The notes beneath the pieces were generated by a model that worked only from the letters and a program-made list of their open reading frames with translations, was not told where the DNA came from and did no database searches. A stretch of 64,000 nt of DNA, from NCBI GenBank assembly GCA_009377445.1, contig WHUA01000004.1:85273-149272 (forward strand), in the 5' to 3' direction. Source of the stretch: Alphaproteobacteria bacterium (GTDB lineage: Bacteria; Pseudomonadota; Alphaproteobacteria; UBA8366). The first letter of the stretch is position 1. Each line of letters begins with the position of its first letter. Positions 60,477 to 64,000 of this stretch are shown piece after piece. The position numbers and the translations under genes were made by a program.

Positions 60477-61109
60477 TCACATATTGATGCCGCCCAGCGT
60501 CGGCATGCCCTTCTTCACCGCGGGACGCTGCCACAGCCCGTCGTACCAGCGCTTCACGTTGGGGTAGTCCTTGAGGTCGACCTTGTGGCGCTCGTGGCGG
60601 TGGGCCCAGCCCAGGATCGCGATGTCGGCGATGGTGTATTCGTCGCCCGCGACATAGTCGTTGTCCGCCAGCCGCCGGTCGAGCACGCCATAGAGCCGGT
60701 GCGATTCCTTGACGTAGCGGTCGACGCCGTACTGGTCCGGCTCCTTCATGCCGAGAAAGTGGTGCGCCTGGCCCAGCATCGGGCCAAAGCCACCCATCTG
60801 CCACATCAGCCATTCCATCATGGCGATGCGCTTGCGGGCGTCCTTCGGGATCAGCTTGCCGGTCTTCTCGCCGAGATAGATCAGGATCGCGCCGGTCTCG
60901 AACACCGAGATCGGCTTGCCGCCCGGCCCGTCGGGATCGACGATCGCGGGGATGCGGTTGTTCGGCGAAATCTTGAGAAAGTGCGGCTGGAACTGCTCGC
61001 CCTTGCTGATGTTGATCGCGTGCTCCTTGTAGGGCAGCCCGACTTCCTCCAGCATTACCGAAACCTTGCGGCCGTTGGGCGTTGCCCAGGTGTAGAGATC
61101 GATCATCAT
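60477..61109 (-). CDS. Glutathione S-transferase, Nu class (YfcG/YghU-like)
   Basis: MMIDLYTWATPNGRKVSVMLEEVGLPY...NNRIPAIVD...VFETGAILIYLGEKTG is the characteristic Nu-class N-domain. ATG follows AAGGAG. Confidence 0.85.
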   Translation of the reverse strand: MMIDLYTWATPNGRKVSVMLEEVGLPYKEHAINISKGEQFQPHFLKISPNNRIPAIVDPDGPGGKPISVFETGAILIYLGEKTGKLIPKDARKRIAMMEWLMWQMGGFGPMLGQAHHFLGMKEPDQYGVDRYVKESHRLYGVLDRRLADNDYVAGDEYTIADIAILGWAHRHERHKVDLKDYPNVKRWYDGLWQRPAVKKGMPTLGGINM

Positions 61110-61206
61110 GAAGGCTCCTTGTCGCTTCTTGCCGCGGTCCGCGCCCGCGATGTTAAACTCCCGGTTCACTCGACTTCATTAAAGCAGGAAACGCAGCAGG
61201 AGCGCC

Positions 61207-61494
61207 ATGGCAGCCTATCTGATCGCCCAGGTCGACGTTCACGATCCGGAGACCTACAAGAAGTACACCGCCGGGGTGCCGGCGACGCTCGACAAGTACG
61301 GCGGCACGTTCCGCGTCCGCGGCGGCGCGGTGACGCCGAAGGAAGGCGGCTGGGAGCCGAAGCGCCTCGTCGTCATCGAGTTCCCCGACATGGCCGCGCT
61401 GAACCGCTGGTACGACTCGCCCGAATACCAGAAGATCATCGGCATCCGGCATGACGCTTCCGAGGGGCAGATGATCTTTGTCGAGGGGGCGTAG
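61207..61494 (+). CDS. DUF1330 family protein
   Basis: 95 aa. MAAYLIAQVDVHDPETYKKY...VVIEFPDMAALNRWYDSPEYQ is the DUF1330 pattern. Confidence 0.8.
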   Translation: MAAYLIAQVDVHDPETYKKYTAGVPATLDKYGGTFRVRGGAVTPKEGGWEPKRLVVIEFPDMAALNRWYDSPEYQKIIGIRHDASEGQMIFVEGA

Positions 61495-61507
61495 GTCCGC
61501 CGCCCCC

Positions 61508-62200
61508 TCAATGCGGCACGCCCTGGTCGAACAGCGGCACGCGCTTGTCGCGGAAGGGCACGACGAGCAGCGCGCCGGCGACGAAGCCGCCGATATGCGC
61601 CCACCAGGCGATCTGGCCGCCGATGCCGAACAGCACGCTCGCGACCTGGGTCACGAGCCAGAGCGCCAGCACGAAATAGGCCGGCAGGTAGAGCGGAAAC
61701 CATTTCATCGCCAGCACCAGCACCTTCACTTTCGGGTGCAGCACGGTGTAGGCGCCGAGGATGCCGGCCACCGCGCCGCTCGCGCCCACGAGCGGCTCCT
61801 GCGAGCCGGGCATCGCGGCGGCCTGAGCCAGCCCCGCCGCCGCGCCGCACAGGAGATAGAACAGCAGAAAGCGCCAGTGGCCCATCGAATCCTCGATGTT
61901 GTCGCCGAACACCCAGAGGAACAGCATGTTGCCGACCAGATGCATCCAGTCGCCGTGCAGGAAGATCGAGCTCAGCAGGGTGACCGGCGGCGACATCGGC
62001 GCGAGCTGCGGATCGAGTTGATCCGTGCCGAACAGCACGGAAGGGATCATGCCGTAGACCAGGATCGAGCGCTCGAGCATGCGGGGCGGCAGGCTCGCCT
62101 CCCACAGGAAGATCAGCGTCGTCACCAGGACCAGCGAGATCGTCATGAACTGGAACGGAATGATCCGCAGCGGGTTGCGGTCGTAGACGGGCAGCAGCAT
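61508..62200 (-). CDS. Rhomboid-family intramembrane serine protease
   Basis: Has HGDWMHLVGNMLFLWVFG, catalytic GASGAVAGILGAY and downstream AHIGGFVAG (His). Confidence 0.85.
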   Translation of the reverse strand: MLLPVYDRNPLRIIPFQFMTISLVLVTTLIFLWEASLPPRMLERSILVYGMIPSVLFGTDQLDPQLAPMSPPVTLLSSIFLHGDWMHLVGNMLFLWVFGDNIEDSMGHWRFLLFYLLCGAAAGLAQAAAMPGSQEPLVGASGAVAGILGAYTVLHPKVKVLVLAMKWFPLYLPAYFVLALWLVTQVASVLFGIGGQIAWWAHIGGFVAGALLVVPFRDKRVPLFDQGVPH

Positions 62201-62253
62201 CCTTGTCCAACCCTTTCGCCGTTTCCACGCGCCGCAATTCCGTGCCGGCTAGA

Positions 62254-62967
62254 TCAGGCGCGCTTGTGCGCCTTGTACTGCTCCTCGCCGAACATCCATT
62301 TGCGCTCCTCGTCGGTCATACCGACGTTCGCCGGGCGCGCCTTGTCCGCCAGCACCTGAATGCCGCGCTGCACTGCAGGACGCGCGGCGATCGCGTCGAA
62401 CCACCGCTTGACGTTCGGGAAGTCGTTCAGATCCTGTCCCTGGCGATGGAGGTTGCGCAGCCACGGCCAGGTCGCAATGTCGGCGATGGTATAGACGCCG
62501 CCCGCCAGATATTCGGATTCGCCGAGCCGCGTGTCGAGCACGCCCATCAGGCGGCCCGCTTCCTTGGTGTAGCGCTCGACCGAATAGGCGTGCTTGTCGA
62601 CCGCATAGCCGCGGAAGTGGTTCGCCTGCCCGAACATCGGGCCGACGCCGCCCATCTGGAACATCAGCCATTGCATGGTGCGGTATTTCAGCTCCGGCGT
62701 TTTCGGCAGCAGGCCGCTGCCGGTCTTCTCCGCCAGATAGAGCAGGATGGCGCCGCTCTCGAACAGCGACATCGGCTTTCCCTCCGGCCCGTCCTGATCG
62801 ACGATTGCGGGGATGCGGTGATTCGGATTCAGCTTGAGAAAGAACGCCTGAAACTGCTCGCCCTTGCCTATGGCGATCGGGTGGATCGTGTATTTCAGCC
62901 CGACTTCTTCCAGCATGATATGGACCTTGTGGCCGTTCGGGGTCGGCCATGTGTAGACGTCGATCAT
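62254..62967 (-). CDS. Glutathione S-transferase, Nu class (second paralog)
   Basis: MIDVYTWPTPNGHKVHIMLEEVGLKY...NHRIPAIVD...LFESGAILLYLAEKTG. ATG 62967 follows GGAGGG. Confidence 0.85.
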   Translation of the reverse strand: MIDVYTWPTPNGHKVHIMLEEVGLKYTIHPIAIGKGEQFQAFFLKLNPNHRIPAIVDQDGPEGKPMSLFESGAILLYLAEKTGSGLLPKTPELKYRTMQWLMFQMGGVGPMFGQANHFRGYAVDKHAYSVERYTKEAGRLMGVLDTRLGESEYLAGGVYTIADIATWPWLRNLHRQGQDLNDFPNVKRWFDAIAARPAVQRGIQVLADKARPANVGMTDEERKWMFGEEQYKAHKRA

Positions 62968-63131
62968 TGGGGTGCCCTCCGGCTGAGCCTGTCTCGTTCG
63001 TGGATCCTGTTCTGCCGCCATATTTCGTCAACGCGGCCGTCGGCACAAGCGCCGTCGGGGCACGCCGATTTCCCGCGGCCAGGGATTACCCGGCGCTTGC
63101 GGCTGGTGTATTCTGCGCCCGCTAAGGCCAT

Positions 63132-63698
63132 TTGCCTGGGGGAAGACCCATCTCCAAGCCCTTCAGCGAGGACGAGCGGCGGCGCTTCCGCAACCTGCTC
63201 GAGCTCGCCAACAGCAGCCCCTACCAGGGCGAACGGGACAACGCCATGGCGGCGGCCGAGCGGCTCGCCGGCCGGCACGGCATGACGCTCGAGGAGGCGG
63301 CCCGCGGCGGCACGCAGGCGCCGCGGCCCGAGCCGCCGCCCCACCGCGGCCCGGAAATGTGGCAGGCGCGCGAGCTGGCGCGCGCCATCCACCTGATGGA
63401 CTACCAGATACAGCTCGACAAGGCGCGCATCGCCGAAGCGATGAAGGAAGCCATCGCCCGCGGCCTGGAGCCGGACCCCGTGCCGCAGCCTCCGCGCCCG
63501 CAGATACTCGGGAGCTGGCAGCCGTTCCGCAGCCGCAGCCGGCGCCGCATGGAGCCCTACCGCCATGCGCGCGTGCTGCTGGAGGAAACGTCGCTTCCCA
63601 TCGAAGAGATCGCCGACATCACCGGCCTCGACGTTTACAAGGTCGCCAGCCTCAAACTGAAGCTGCGCACCGGCAGCAATGCCTGGACGGCGGGGTAG
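63132..63698 (+). CDS. Hypothetical protein with DUF2786-like N-terminal segment
   Basis: TTG start; no ATG lies upstream of the conserved part. FRNLLELANSSPYQGERDNAMAAAERLAGRHGMT resembles the DUF2786 helix pair. Confidence 0.5.
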   Translation: MPGGRPISKPFSEDERRRFRNLLELANSSPYQGERDNAMAAAERLAGRHGMTLEEAARGGTQAPRPEPPPHRGPEMWQARELARAIHLMDYQIQLDKARIAEAMKEAIARGLEPDPVPQPPRPQILGSWQPFRSRSRRRMEPYRHARVLLEETSLPIEEIADITGLDVYKVASLKLKLRTGSNAWTAG

Positions 63699-63718
63699 GA
63701 TACGCACCTGCGGCGCGC

Positions 63719-63803
63719 CCCTCATGCTTCGACAAGCTCAGCAGGGTTCTTTATTACAAATCAAAAATCTAGACCTCATCCTGAACCTGTCGAAGGATGA
63801 GCG
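63719..63803. repeat. Palindromic intergenic element between convergent genes (REP-like; possible bidirectional terminator)
   Basis: CTTCGACAAGCTCAG (63727..63741) and CTGAACCTGTCGAAG (63781..63795) form an imperfect inverted repeat around an AT-rich 39-nt spacer. A local hairpin, CTCATCC-N13-GGATGAG, lies at 63775..63801. Confidence 0.5.
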
Positions 63804-63812
63804 GCACCACGA

Positions 63813-64000
63813 TCATTCCTCCGCACCCTCTTCCTCACCCACGTAAATCCGCGTCTCCGGCCTCACCCCCGACCGCTTGCGCTGGTCCGTCATGCGGCCG
63901 TTCTCCAGGTAATCGCCGGCGACGGCACGCACGGCGGCGGCATCCCAGGTGTCGTTCCAATCGCCCAGCGAGTAGCCGTGCCACGGCGGCTGCGGCTTGA
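63813..64000 (-). CDS. 3' end of an unidentified gene running off the window
   Basis: The minus-strand frame ...KPQPPWHGYSLGDWNDTWDAAAVRAVAGDYLENGRMTDQRKRSGVRPETRIYVGEEEGAEE* has high third-position GC. It is not in the ORF track because it has no start in the window. Confidence 0.4.
   Translation of the reverse strand, partial: KPQPPWHGYSLGDWNDTWDAAAVRAVAGDYLENGRMTDQRKRSGVRPETRIYVGEEEGAEE

Overview
High-GC (by eye about two-thirds G+C, not computed) chromosomal segment with alphaproteobacterial (Hyphomicrobiales/Rhizobiales-like) character. Genes are densely packed, and GC-rich palindromic intergenic repeats of the CCCTCCCCCGCAAGGGGGGAGGG type are present. I call about 65 protein-coding genes and one tRNA-Ser(GCU). 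I saw no rRNA, CRISPR array, IS element or integrase. Most of the window is ordinary accessory metabolism and stress genes: ahpCD with divergent oxyR, corA, mscL, bdhA, hydantoinase A/B, an AcnX plus PrpD-like operon, two TauD-family dioxygenases, two F420/LLM-type oxidoreductases, a TRAP transporter, two DHA2 MFS pumps, two Nu-class GSTs, and a RES/Xre toxin-antitoxin pair. Two loci stand out. (1) 47.4-53.7 kb holds seven genes whose products all carry signal peptides: an outer-membrane barrel with an N-terminal coiled coil, a periplasmic C39-like peptidase, a 560-aa protein with seven VQQNNGxNN repeats, two smaller paralogs sharing that repeat or its C-terminal motif, a peptidoglycan-binding protein and a small secreted protein. 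Two near-consensus sigma-54 promoters, each with a CTGTAAA/TTTACAG inverted repeat about 140 bp upstream, appear to drive it, and a sigma-54 activator gene lies next to it. The part list parallels Fap/curli functional-amyloid export, but the organisation differs from anything I know of. (2) 35.4-39.3 kb holds a GNAT-C39-like peptidase fusion that is translationally coupled to a long RimK-type ATP-grasp ligase. It is preceded by an unannotated 32-codon ORF with a double-glycine-like leader and faces a convergent M14-like (DUF2817) peptidase. All homology statements rest on motif recognition by eye; no searches were run.
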